From Tubulanus polymorphus (taxonomy: Eukaryota > Animalia > Nemertea): a stretch of 64,000 nt of DNA. A program made the translations under genes and the position numbers. The notes beneath the pieces were generated by a model, which saw nothing but the letters and a program-made list of their open reading frames with translations, was not told the origin of the DNA and made no database searches. The stretch lies in NCBI RefSeq assembly GCF_964204645.1, contig NC_134036.1, forward strand, positions 10,457,859 through 10,521,858, in the 5' to 3' direction. Of the stretch, positions 37,559 through 52,811 are shown piece after piece; positions within the stretch are counted from its first letter, which is position 1, and the number at the start of each line of letters is the position of its first letter.

Positions 37559-40125
37559 GCTCTAGGAGAAAATCAGCGAAAAGTGACATGCAGTTGGCAG
37601 ATGAAAGCAATGAAACACTTTTAACCGCAACCCCTTCTTCAAATGATCACCTGACATCAACGCTATCATCGTCAACACTTTCATCACCCATAGAGTCTAT
37701 AATCCCCCCTGTTAGTACGCCAATTTTTAAAAGTTCGGAAAAATACATACTAGAAGATAAAATCGAATGTTTGAGAGCAGAAATGAAAAGACTACAGGAT
37801 ATATTGAAAAACCCGAATCTCCTAATGATTACGTCAGGCACTATCAATGATGAAACATTTGTGGTACAAGTATAAAACAGCGCTAATCAACGAAAAAGTT
37901 CATTTATATGTACAAAATTAGATATACCAACTGTGGGGTCATCAATTGCCAGTCGACAGACACTTGAGAAGACAGCTTCTAAATTATTTTCTGTAGCGAA
38001 CATCATTTCAGCCAAGTCCAAATCAACAATCGATACAGCTGCTACAGTTAGTTCGTTGTTTAATCAGAATCAGGAGCTTAAAGAATCAATTTTTTCAAAA
38101 TCTCCGGGGTTGTGTAAACCTCGAAGCTATCTCCTGAAGAGTCTGTCGACTTGAGGCTTAGTGCTCGATTGACAATGAGTCAATATATTTCTATTGACTC
38201 AATCCTTAAAAACAAAGGTATCTATGTATTTCCCTCGCGCGGTCAATAAAATACGAGAAGAGATAAAGATTTGCAATGAGGATTTCACGAATAATGCATT
38301 CGTTGGTGAACAGTTAATGGAGGTAAATAGTAGATCTCATGAGTTTCAAAGTGCCCCATTTGCTGTAGTCACTAATCTGAAACAAGCGGTTGAACTAACC
38401 CTAAAAAAAATCTCGGCAAGTAATGCATTCGTGGATGATCCTAATTTCCATAATGAGATTTGGATGAAAGTCGGCATTGATAAGGGTGGGGGTTCAACAA
38501 AAATGGTGTATTCAATACTCAATAATAAACTATGTAATAGTCCCGACCAGACACAGCTAATGGGGTACTTTGAAGCCATAGATTCAAACGAAAACATTGA
38601 ATCTATTTTTGGAGGATTTCGTGAACAGTTGAATGATCTCAATCACGTAGCATTTAATGGCGATGAAAAGTCTCTACGCATCTTTCACATAGGGGACATA
38701 CATTATCTTTGTCAAAATTTAGGGCATCAGGGATCTACTGCCTCGTTTCCATGTTTATTTTGTAAGGTCAGGCTTGAAATTCTCAGGAAAAAGGATGCCA
38801 CCCCCCATAATTCTAGTCATTCACCCTTTGAAATGCGAACGTTAACTCACTATCATGAAAATGCTGCAAAAGCAAAAATGTCTTCGCCTGGGCCAGACAC
38901 TTTCAGTGTAAATGATAATATGATTTTCCCCCCTATAGATATGGATCATGTCGTACCGCCGCCTTTACATATTTCACTTGGCTTAGGCCTTATGTTTTTC
39001 AACATGTTGGAATCAAAATGTAAAGTCCTAGACCGTGGAAATTTATCTGAAAGAGATGCTACCCTAGACGAAAAGTGGCAAAAAGCATCAGAGGATGTGA
39101 TCAAATTAGAGAGAGAAATAACTTCAGTGAGTGAGAACATCAATGAAAAAAATGATATTTTGGAGCTATTAAAAAATTCGAAGAAGAGAGGTCGCTGTGC
39201 CATTAGCTGCACAGCAAAAATCTGTATTATACGATGTATACAGAAGCCTGAGCCAAACCATTTTGTTGAATGCGCTGAATGCGAAATGCCCTATCATTTT
39301 CAGTGTGTAGGTGAGCAGAAAAATTTCAAGTGTATTGAATGTTTAACCGGGAAGGTCGAATCTGCCGAAAAAATCATAAAACTAAAATCTGATGAAATTC
39401 GGCATCTTAAGTCAAAATTGACTGAACTAAAAACCTCCCTTGCTGTGGCGAAATCACTTCTAAATGAAATACATAAAGAAATTGATGCTACAATGGGTCC
39501 TATCACACGAAGTTTAAACAAAACATTGAAATCAATTGGTGTTGACAGACAAGCATATCACAGCCAGAGCTTTGTAGGAAACCATGTATATAAAATGATC
39601 CAAATCAATGAGAAAGTCAATAATCCTGCAAAGCTCTGTGCTGTGTTAAAAGAATATCCAGCAATTCAAACACTTTTTTTAACACTGTTTGAACAATTTC
39701 ATGCGATGTATGTAATTTACAATGCAAGTAGATTTTTGTCGAATAGCGAAATTGACATGCTTGAACGTTTATGTCTTGATTTTGGATCATGGTTTCCAGA
39801 AAATTTTCCGGAAGCTAATATAACGCCGAAATTACATGTTCTTATATATCATGTTGTGCCATTCATTCGAATGTGGGGTACATTGGGTCTTTTTAGCGAG
39901 CAAGCTCTTGAATCGAAGCATGCGTTGATAAATAGAGATGTTCGCACGTACTGCACCATTCGTGATAAAGTTCGCCGCACTAAATTAATTTTCCTCAACC
40001 AGGCACTCTATGCAACGAAGTCGATTAAACGTATTCCGATAACGCGTAAATGCCAATGTGGTTCCTTCTTGAGAAGCGTTAATAATAAACGCATATGCGA
40101 TGGTTGTATAAGTACATCGAACTGA
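37559..40125 (+). pseudogene. RAG1/Transib/Chapaev-like DDE transposase with an inserted PHD finger; N-terminal stop and two frameshifts
   Basis: LSPEESVDLRLSARLTMSQY...VFPS (alternate frame, about 38125-38240), GIDKGG, IGD..GHQG..FPCLFC, PPLHISLG, TPKLHVLIYH, SEQALESKH. Confidence 0.85.
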
Positions 40126-41322
40126 TTTTCGAACATGCTGATCTCCAGAAACCTGATTCTGAAAGAGGAGATTTGTTAATAAACCTTTGTACATAAATAA
40201 CTGCTGGATGTGGTTTAAGAGCAGCTTGTGAGCATGTTCAATTTTGTGAATATTATTTTGATGCAAGGCATTGAATGAAAATTATTATACAGCAAATTAA
40301 ATATAAGTGAAATCAACTCACCAGTAATCTTATTCAATCATAACAAACATGTTGAAAATAACTTCATAAATTCTTTCAAACCTGAAAGTCAAAATAGTAT
40401 TATTGATCATTTACACATATTCTTATCCACGAGCAAGGCGTACATGTTTGTATTATTAGAACGGTGAATAAATAAAATGACCTTACTTATGAATAACTTC
40501 ATCTGTCACCCTTGAAAAACATTCTTTCAGTGTTTAATGATCTGTAATGTATAATAAATCAGAAATGTAATGGAAGCTTTATGAATATTTTATAGTGCCG
40601 GTGATAAATAATAACTTTTTCTTTAAATTAGCATTAATCACATATTTTTACATGCATGCTCGGCTTAAATGCCTCTTTGACGAGGGAGAAAAATGTATCC
40701 AAGCTAATTACAAACCATTTGAATCAAAAACCTAATTTTGGATTTGTAATTAAGTAGCGGTTCCCTTTTCCCCAGAGTCAATTACCTCAGTTTATGGCAT
40801 GCCTCTGACTTAATTTGACCCAGGACAATTGTCTCAGATTGTTGCATGCCCCGATCAACTTTTACCCCAGACAAGAGATGATTTATTGCCTTGGATCTTC
40901 GCATGCCCAGATGGAATGGATTGCCTTGGATTATTGTGTGCTTTCTAGGCCCACCTGATGACTCCACGTTTGGTTGAAGGTCACGATCGCGCGCGATAGA
41001 TTTGTTCGCGGATACCAAAAAATATCGATTTCCTAAAAGGTCACGATGAGTGCGCGAAGCTTATTCTTAGTATTTGATTATTATTATTCTTATTTATCAG
41101 ATGTTTCAAAATGGTCACTTTTCAATAGTAGACTCTTCGAAACAGCCACTATAGAAAACCAACTAAATTGAAAGGAATACTATTTCAGAGTGACTGTTTT
41201 GAAATGTATACTACTGGAAAAGTAGCTGATATCGTTAATTGCTTATTGTTCTCAAGTGGCTACTAAGTAAAAGTAGACGTTTGGGCTCAAAAGTGAGATA
41301 GACATGTTCTTGGATTCAGCCT

Positions 41323-41570
41323 TTCAAATACCAAATTTTTTTCAAAAATTGATTTGACATTTTTTATTTATTTATATTTTATTCATTTATATGTTATTCA
41401 TATATATTTTATTCATGTATATGAATATTTTAAGAGTAATAGGGCTTTAGTTGGTTCAGGCTAAAGGTTGAAAGGCGAGTGAGTAAAAAATGAAAAATAT
41501 GAAAATAACAACAATTTCTACTTGAATTAGGAGTGAAACTCATAAAAATGAAAAATAAATTCGAGCGTGT
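41323..41570 (-). mobile_element. Isolated right-end segment of the pPolB element (upstream region plus half palindrome)
   Basis: Near-identical to about 21395-21640; joined at the hairpin loop to the GTCGAC repeat. Confidence 0.85.
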
Positions 41571-42016
41571 GAATATGTCGACATATCGTGACGTTTTGAC
41601 GACATATTTCGTTTTCACGACCATTTTCCTCGAGACAAGTCGACATATTCATGACCACTTGAAACTCGTCGTCATATCACTGGCGTCCTCGTCTTACATT
41701 TAAACGTGTCTTCAGATGACTTCTTGTCCCGTGGAAAATGCGCGAAAAAGCGAAATTTGTCGTAAAAACGTCACGATATATCGACATATTCATGTCGACG
41801 TGACGTGATATATCTCGATATGTCGACATAAATATGACGACTTGTCGAGTTGGAACGCGACATCTCGAGGCCCCTTATCGCTTCCGTATAACCGCGTACC
41901 GTCGACATAATTATCACTCCTTTAGCTAAAATGTTGTGAAACGTATGGCAATTTATTGAGACAATATCGCAAAAAGTCGACATAAAAATAACGACATTTT
42001 AAATAAAGTCTACCTA

Positions 42017-42306
42017 GTTAAAATCTGTTTTATACCTTTCTTTTTGATATTCATTAAAATGTTCACGATAATTAGCTCGCCAACGTCTATTTTTTCATTA
42101 CGTTTTTCTGGATTATTCACTTGATATTGTTTAGTATTATGTTTGCTACAAGTTTTACAGTAACTTTGCTTACCATCTTCTGAATATTTTTTTTTATAAT
42201 ATTCTGAAGTATGTTTATCAAATTCACATTTTGAACATTTCTTATAGTATATATTTATAACGCCAGTGTTATTTGTAATATTGATTTTTGATTGTTCTGG
42301 CTCCAT
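42017..42306 (-). pseudogene. HNH endonuclease N-terminal part, copy 3
   Basis: Near-identical to 31815-32107. Confidence 0.7.
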
Positions 42307-42326
42307 TTTAATAACATAAAAGTTGA

Positions 42327-44518
<2,192 letters not shown>

Positions 44519-44555
44519 TCTAATACTAAATTTTTTTATTAAAATTGATTTTATA

Positions 44556-44899
44556 TTATTCGAAATCTATTTCATGGTGCCCTTTTTTCATTCTTACCCT
44601 AATATATGAAATAGAAATCACCAGAACATAATTGTTCTAAATCTTCACTAGATAACCTATGAAATCTATCTGGTAAATAAATTCTCAATTTATATTTATT
44701 TCCTTTTAATCCTTCATATTCTAGAGTGAATTATTAATTTATCTCCATATTTATTAGAAACTGTATCAATGTTGGTAATTATATATGTCTTATGAATTGT
44801 TAATTCTGTTAAATTCTTAAATTTGTAATCTACAGATTTGACATTTGTAGTATTTTTGATTCTATCTAAGAATTCACTGTGTATTTGTTTACTCTCCAT
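44556..44899 (-). pseudogene. SSB-like small protein, copy 3 (upstream of pPolB)
   Basis: Homolog of 15275-15628; frameshifted. Confidence 0.55.
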
Positions 44900-44958
44900 T
44901 TTAATAACATATTTTTTATTAAAATTGATTTTAGAAGTTATTATATGAAAATTATAAG

Positions 44959-45080
44959 AGTAATAGGGAATAAGTTGTTTCAAGTTAAAGGTTGAAGGGT
45001 CGAAAAATAAATTCGAGTGTGCGAGAATTTATTTTTCGACCCTTCGACCTTTGGCTTGAAACAACTTATTCCCTATTACT
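44959..45080. repeat. 122-bp terminal palindrome of copy 3 (56-bp arms, 10-nt loop)
   Basis: 3 mismatches, all T:G. Confidence 0.9.
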
Positions 45081-46479
45081 TATAGTCTATCGCGATCGGA
45101 TCGTCGTCATGATGATGTTTACCCCCTGGTAACTAAATGATAACTTTTCAACCTATGATGTATATCGATTGCATAAATATTCTTTCCCGCACTTGTTTTG
45201 TGACGTAAAATCGATTGTGATGTGTGGTTCGAAATAAAAAGCATTATTTGAAATATATAACAGTCGTTAATCAATATTGTATAATGTTCTATTCGAACGC
45301 GGGTTATCGCATCAGTAATGGTGTAACAGCTGTTGGGAGCATCCATCGCTATTTTGAACCATACGGGGGTCACGTGACCGCCGCCATCTTGGAACGGGGC
45401 GCCATCTTGGATCACATGACAGCCGCCATTTTGGATTTAACCACAACCACAATTTTAACCACTCGTGTGTAGCAATCCCCTATCACTACTAACGAGGCAA
45501 ATGAACGAAACTTCCGCTGTTACCAAAATCACGTGACAAGCACAACGCGGTCATCGAAGTGCTGTAAAGACTAGGATCATAATGCATAGATCTATAGGTA
45601 TTCCATAGGTAAAATACAATTCCAATTCATGATTTCCACAGTTAAGTTATGCGAATCAGTTTTCAAATTAATTTAAAATCATTAGGGCTAAGTACTTTAC
45701 CAAAAACTGTCATGGCAGTTAGGTCGCTGCTTCTTGCCAAAAGTTGAGCGGGAGAATCGGACTTTAAAGAATGCCGCTTCTTTCTACAAAAGGGGTCCGC
45801 AGTCTCGGGGTAGCAGAATTCTATTCCAGATCTCGATTTTCATGCATAACAAGTAAGTGTTAATTTGTAGTAAATAGTCAACGTTTTCATATGATGTAAG
45901 ATTTGATGAGGCGGGCCACCAAAAACATGTCCTTTTCGCCCCCGAAATTAATCCAAACTTACTTGGATTCGAAGTGAGCGCTCAGATGTGTCATGTTCAA
46001 ACTTGAAATACTCGAGAAATTGAAATAGGAGGATGTTGATTTCTGTACGGTATTTCAAGGATTTAGGTGTGCAGTTTATCATAAGCTATTGGGCTCGAAT
46101 CCTACTATAACCGTTTTCGTGCAGCATACGAAAAAATTGCCGGGCGGATTCGGGTGGTTTGAGTAGTGTAAGTCTGGGCGGATAGGGGCGGCTTGAGTGC
46201 CAATGGGGTGATAAATTTTTTAATTACTGAATCTGAGTAAATTGAGTCAGATTTCTGAAAATTTGTTTTTCATTTGATGCGAACAATAAATTGCTTGCGT
46301 TAATGAATATACGTCATGGCTTGCACGTAGCTTCAGTCTATTGATACAATCAGTCCACATACCGCTGACACTTAATCGAATCATGAATTCAGCTCAGATG
46401 CAGTTTAACAGTTACATTGCTATAATGCGTGTAGTGAACAGGTCTGGAGCATACCGAACTGAGTTAATTCTCGTGAATC

Positions 46480-47427
46480 ATGAATTCAACTAAGATTCGA
46501 ATTGGTCGAACGTATAGCAGTTACATCATTCTAATGTCGGTGGAGAACAGGTCTGGAACTTACCGTACTGTGTCGTTGGTCATTCTGCCTATCGTGTTTC
46601 TGTTTGGAGTCTTTGGAAATTCAGCTACTTTTCTTATAATGACAAGTCGCAAATTCCGCAGTTTATCTTACGCTAACTATCTTGTCATTTTGTCAGTCTG
46701 TGATTTCTTGTACTGCATAAATTTTACACTGATGCCTGTTTTACAGTTTATTCTATTGAATCTAAATACTAGTCTTGTATATATCATGAATTCACTGATC
46801 AGTTGTAAGATATATGAAATATTGATGGCAGTTGCCAATTCTAGCAGTTCCTGGTTATTGGTAGCTATATCTCTAGAACGTGCGGCAGTTGTTCTCTTTC
46901 CGTTCACTTCTCGTTTGATATGAACACCTAGATTCGCTAGATTTGCTATATTGATAATTACTACAGTTACTGTACTGGTTCAACTTCCCGCTACTTTGTC
47001 GATACATTTTTCCGACCAGTTTTTCGGATGTTACTATGAATTAATTGTCCAAATGAAATTTCTTACTCCACTTGGTGTCTACGCTTTTGTTTTGCCTTTA
47101 TCGTCGATTCTGATATCAAATTCTATCATAATTATTCAGTTATTCAGAGGTACAAAAATGCTTTCGTCTGATAAGAAAACTACAAAATCGAAACGTACAA
47201 CGATGATGCTTGTAACAGTTTCACTCGCATTTGCAATATTCACACTTCCAACCACTATTGCTGCATTTTTACCAATCCTTACGGAACAGAAAGAATTTCT
47301 ATATGACATTTTCACACAATTCGTAATGTGTAATTATGTGGTAAATTTCTACATATATCTTTTAATGGGACGAGAAATTCGTGAATATTTCTGTATGAAA
47401 ATCTGCTGTAGAAATTCAATCAAATAA
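46480..47427 (+). pseudogene. Intronless class A (rhodopsin-like, peptide-receptor type) GPCR with one in-frame TGA
   Basis: GVFGN, LSVCD, ISCK, SLER..V.FP, FTLP and NYVVNFYIY; the two ORFs share a frame, separated by TGA at 46921. Confidence 0.9.
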
Positions 47428-49580
47428 CCACTGATTTAAAGTTTTATTCACATCGATTCACAGTAGGACATTTTTGTTTGAAAATTGGAAATTAATCAAG
47501 AAATCACTGCCCTTGAAAATCGTGTCAATAGACCTATTAGTGTAAAATGGTTACTATGAACCGCAGCCTTTTAATCATTAAATATAGTCCCCTGCCCCCT
47601 TATCCCCCACCCCACGTAGTCATACAACTTGAAACCGTATTTACTGTGGCCTGGTAACAGTGTAATATTCAGTTAGTTAAATTCGATTGTTATACAGCTG
47701 CAAATATATAATAAAACAGTTTGGAAAATCTAAATGTTCTTTCTACAAATTGTTGAATCTTTTCATTTTCGTTGGTCATTTTGTATACAACACACAAATA
47801 CAAACAGTAGTTCATCAAAACTTTATTGTAGCTGGACGAGAAATATTTCTGTATGAAAATCCGCTGAAGAAATGAAGTCATGTAATCATTTATTAATCAT
47901 TGATTCATAGTTTGATTGACTTCATAAAACTTAAATCCGCATATTCCGGTAACACTTCAGTAAAAAACAATTACCGTTAACGTGTATAACACTCCAGAAC
48001 TAAAAGACCTTGGAGCCATAGTTTGATCTTGCGCCTTGCCTTCTTCATTTGTGGATGCTTGTCACGACCGGTAGGGTAGGTTTGTGTCCTCCACTCTGCC
48101 GATATCTTTCATATTCTATGAACCGTTACAATAACGGGTATTATATATTTCTCTGGTTCAATTTGTAACCGCATTTCGCCATAAGCCTGCATGTGTACAC
48201 TCATGCAATGACGAGCGTGGTTGTGGTCGCGTCGTGGGGTAAGTTGATATTCGATATTCGTCGATATTTTTCTTACACTATTTCCTTGATAGTTTGAGGG
48301 TTTTCCTCCAATATCTTTCTCGTGTTTTATATTCTAGAATATCCTATGATGATATGGAAAAGTTAGATATTAAATATTCAGACGGAGTTGTAGTTGAATA
48401 GTTCTATCTGGACTGGTGAGAATGGAATTCAACTTGTTTGGATGCGCCTGGTGCTGAACGGGTAGCTGTGTACAGGACTAGCGAAATAAATTACGACCAG
48501 CGAGATGAACTTAACGTATATACATAGTTCATTTTCAGTACAGCACTATGGCATCTAATAAACAGCGGCGATTCAAATCTACAAATACACATGTTGTAAA
48601 CACACTAAATATATGTTTTGACCTGGTTTTAAATAATATTTCAGTACTTCTAACAGATGATTTTGACACTTAACAGGTTAACATACTTATCTCAGTATAA
48701 TTGTTTATTTATCCTTTAAAATGTAATGTTTCTTACCAAGTTGTCCCTCTCAAAACTGTATGTATATCATCTCAGAATCACTCCATTATGAAGTTTCACG
48801 TGGTCGGCGCTTTGTCCCTACGCGATATCCATACGCGATATCCCTCATTTTACTCAAGATATCAATTAAGTAAATGAAAAAAATGAAAACTTGTACTTCT
48901 ATAGCCTTTGGAGACTCAAAATGAAAATTCCTAGTCTGAATTGCACCAAAAAAATAATTCAAAGATTCAACGATACACTCCGCGGCGCGAAGAATGGTAC
49001 CTAACACGCTAAAATACACGACCGTTGATATATATTAATACATGAATTTGGAAATGAAATCATATGACCAAATACTATTAGATACTGCGATTACTCTAAA
49101 GACACACGTTTAAGATTTAACCTTGATCTACAATAGAACACATTGCCTTATGAAAATTGTCTATTACAAATGCATGACTCCCTTACAATAATTAAAATGT
49201 ATATGACAATGCACCTTAAAGATACTAATCACAAAAATTTCACAAGACTGGCTTAATGAATCAAAATACCAAGCTTCAAACACCAACACCAATAATGATG
49301 AATTTTGTTCAGTATACCACAGCAATATCTTCTGATAAATAGACATAATACTAATAACCACTGTCTTGACATTGTCATGTACACAATTTCTCAACCTTAA
49401 CTGAATAAACTTAATATACTATGGAAGAAGCTAAACATGCCTCTACCTTTAAACACAACTTTTCAGAGTTCCCAAACATTTTCAATGTTTTTTATCAATC
49501 ATCCTATTATACTCTAAAAAGGAGGAATTAGAGGGTACTTGACCTGAATCGATTCTAAGCAGCAGCAGTGTCTGATGCTG

Positions 49581-50693
49581 CGGTGTTGTCATATCGCGGA
49601 AAGACGGAATCGCGGAATTTTCCAAAAACGCGGAATTTCTTCATTTTAACTATAAATAGTAAACGGGTTTTCCCACGGGGATACCCACTGTCGGACAGGG
49701 CATCGGACCCAGGTTTTCAACCACGGGAATTAGTATTTGATAATTTATTATATCGCCAGTCAACAACTTAACGATACTGTTCCAAATAATGTAGAACCTA
49801 TAGGCAATACGTGCTTTGCGAATTCAGTGATACAGAGTATCGCTGCATTAACTGAAGGAATACAAATCGATGGTACGTAAACGTAGGATTTGTGATGACA
49901 CCATGGGTCATTCTGGGTCATTCTCCAGGACTCAGTTCCGAGTTAAGATTTGACTCTGGTCTCTGGATTTAAAACATTGGAAATGAATTGATTCTAAGTA
50001 ACTCAGAGTTAACTCACAACTGTGGAACTGGATCGATGTCACACGAAAATAAATATACATTATGTATATTTCATTCTGGCTTAGGATTGTTGATGCGTGT
50101 TGTGTGTCTACATTGTTGTTATAAGCGAATGTGGTTTATCTTTTAGAATTAAATTATATGAAAGATTATAAAATGGTTTCGTTTTTTTAATGTTTTCTTT
50201 GTGACTGCTATAACATATATGTTCCTATGCTGATTATTTGGATCAAAAGAATCTCATTGGTACCGGTACTGGACGAATTTGACGAAGGAATTTGAACCGG
50301 TACTTGTTTGATCTTAGGATTTCATGTTTGCAACCATCTACAGCTACGGTCCGACACCGCGAACGTGCTCAATATTTATCTGATAATATTCGTTTCTGAA
50401 GTTCTCAAAAAGTCGATGAACTTCGATAACCGAAGTTTGCCCAGTAGAAATAGACATTAGGTGCCTGGTCTCTTTCACCCCACTTGATTCTGACTTCTTT
50501 TACAGATGGCAGCCAGTCAACGGTATCGTAATATAATAATTCCATATAAAATTGCCTGCAAATAATGGGACTCGAACCTAACTCGTTGCATCGATCAGTC
50601 CGAAAACCCGTTTTCTATTTAAAGTAAAAATGAAGAAATTCCGCGTTTTTGGAAAATTCCGCGATTCCGTCTTTCCGCGATATGACAACACCG
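49581..50693. mobile_element. Non-autonomous DNA transposon, about 90-bp TIRs, TSD CTGATGCTG (7-9 bp depending on the boundary)
   Basis: CGGTGTTGTCATATCGCGGAAAGACGG... and its reverse complement at the right end. Confidence 0.85.
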
Positions 50694-51659
50694 CTGATGC
50701 TGGGATAAGGTGAACAGTGTTTTTCTGCATAGGCTAGGGTTTCGACTGTTGGGCTCCCTGTGCTACTGCTAATAGAGAAAAAAAAACAGAATTACTCGAT
50801 ATGAATATTAAATTCACGATGAGTATCCATCGAGCTGATATTGTGGAAATTGGAATCTGAAGATGAAACGGGTGACTAATTTTGAAAATTGAGCTGAAAT
50901 GGTTTGCAACGGTTTATTGTTTAATGGTGGTCTTAAATATCATATATACTTACACGTATATTTTGTATTTCTAATTTTTACTGGTTAAGCATCAGTCCTT
51001 TTAACTCTGCATTAAATTATTTACCAAATTTCCTTTTACGTATATATTTCACGTGGTACGTTTTGATTCGTGGACCTCATTACCAGCACATATAATTCCG
51101 GCGGATGTTATTTTGAATTCAAACGAATTTCCGTGTGTAAAAGAGGACAATTAAATAATGAAAACTGAGAAACTTTCTCGACTTAAAATTTATCACTCAT
51201 GTCATTATCATAAACATCATCAGAGTTTCTGTAGATACTCTGTTTCATTGCTAAGTAAGACCCCGCAGTTGATATGAAAGTTTAGATTTTAACAGTTTTG
51301 GGTTAATCTAAACCCATCGACAGAGAAATCAAAATGGTATAATAATGAATTCCAGTAACAAAGACATATATTTGTCATCAAGGAAGTTCGGGGACAGTAG
51401 TTTCACAAATTTCGCAAACAACACATCGAAATAATACGTATGATGATTACCTTCGTTCGCCGACTAGGGTGAAGGCCTTCCCAAATAAAAAGGGAATTTC
51501 GTCTTAGTTCCCTTTTTTGTCCTAAATCCTGCAATATGAATATAAACACAGAATACACTTCTCCATAGCCAAAAACAACTGAATCGCGTCTACTATAGAG
51601 TACAAATGTCATTTATTAGTTCACATAAACCAGAATCTTATATACAAAATCAAGAGCTT

Positions 51660-52150
51660 TGAGTCCTGAATCGGGTTACACGATTCCAGTTTTGTAGTTA
51701 ATACAAGAAATTGAGTCTCAGGACACATTTTCAAAAATTAGTTTGATGTATTATTTGTATTGGGTCTTAAAACATGCATTTTAGGAATTGAAATATTGAT
51801 ATGATAAGAAATTAGAATCGAGTCCTGAGACTAATTTTTGTATCTACTTTTCTAAATTCCGTCATCGGACTCATTCATCGTTAGATGCGAGTCTTAAGAC
51901 TCATTTTAGTATCTGCTTTTCTAAATTGCGTCCTATGACTCATTTATCGTTAGATTCGAGTCTTGAGACTCATTTAGTATCGGATTTTCTAAATAGCGTC
52001 CTAGGACTCTAACGTTCTAAAAAGTTCACCTAATGAATCATTCGATTCCAGTATTAAAACTCATTTTAGTATTTGCTTTACCAGATTTCAGGACGCATTT
52101 TAAAACGTTCATTCAAGATAGTAATCTGTAGATTTGAGTCCTCAGCTCAT
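51660..52150. repeat. Degenerate tandem repeat (about 59 bp) with GAGTC-n5-GACTC palindromes
   Basis: GAGTCTTAAGACTCA-like motifs repeated. Confidence 0.7.
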
Positions 52151-52811
52151 TTGAGCCGCGCATGAAAAACCAGTTGAAAAAGCCACCATGGTTTAGGGAA
52201 TACATGTATGATAGATAATCAAGCTTAATAGATACTTTTAAAACTAAGAATTGGATATCCAAAACAGCAGATCTTCTGGTGAAAGTACTTTACAAGCGTC
52301 CTATACGACAATAATGCTAAACGTGGACTATGTCTATCATAAGCTACGCCACAAAGGAAACCATCATGCCTCGTGATTGGAAAAAGACAGTATACACACA
52401 CCCAAAATTGCAATCTACCATCAAAAATCCATAAGGGATTAAAATTAAAGAAAAACATTACGGACAAGCCCAAACTACCCCAAATACAAATATAGAAACA
52501 ATCAAGCGAACATAATTAAACCTGTCAGAAAGCCGTCATAATATAGTTTACCGAGACATGTAATTTAAGCAAAACAATACGACAAAATAAATTAATTTAG
52601 AAATCGAAAATCAAGGCTAGTAATAGGTGAGGGCAGCCACTATCTACGAACCATTGACTCGTTTATTATCTTTCCGTCAAAGACACTGGCGCCGGAAACC
52701 ACGAAAAGGACTTGTTTCAGTTCCTGCCGATCGTGTACGTCTAAATTTGATAACGAGCCATCATCGAGTACGTTAGAGCCGGATAATTTCCTGACAGCCT
52801 TCTGCAACTAA

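Larger units (their letters stand above)
33825..40300 (+). mobile_element. Probable Transib/Chapaev-related DNA transposon (right end not found)
   Basis: Starts with CAC exactly at the pPolB breakpoint and contains the transposase; no matching right TIR seen, so the extent is uncertain. Confidence 0.45.

Noticed and set aside
40980-41100. Right TIR of the Transib-like element
   Set aside because: Only a short GCGCGAAGCT match; no reverse complement of the CACGTACGTACAG end and no TSD
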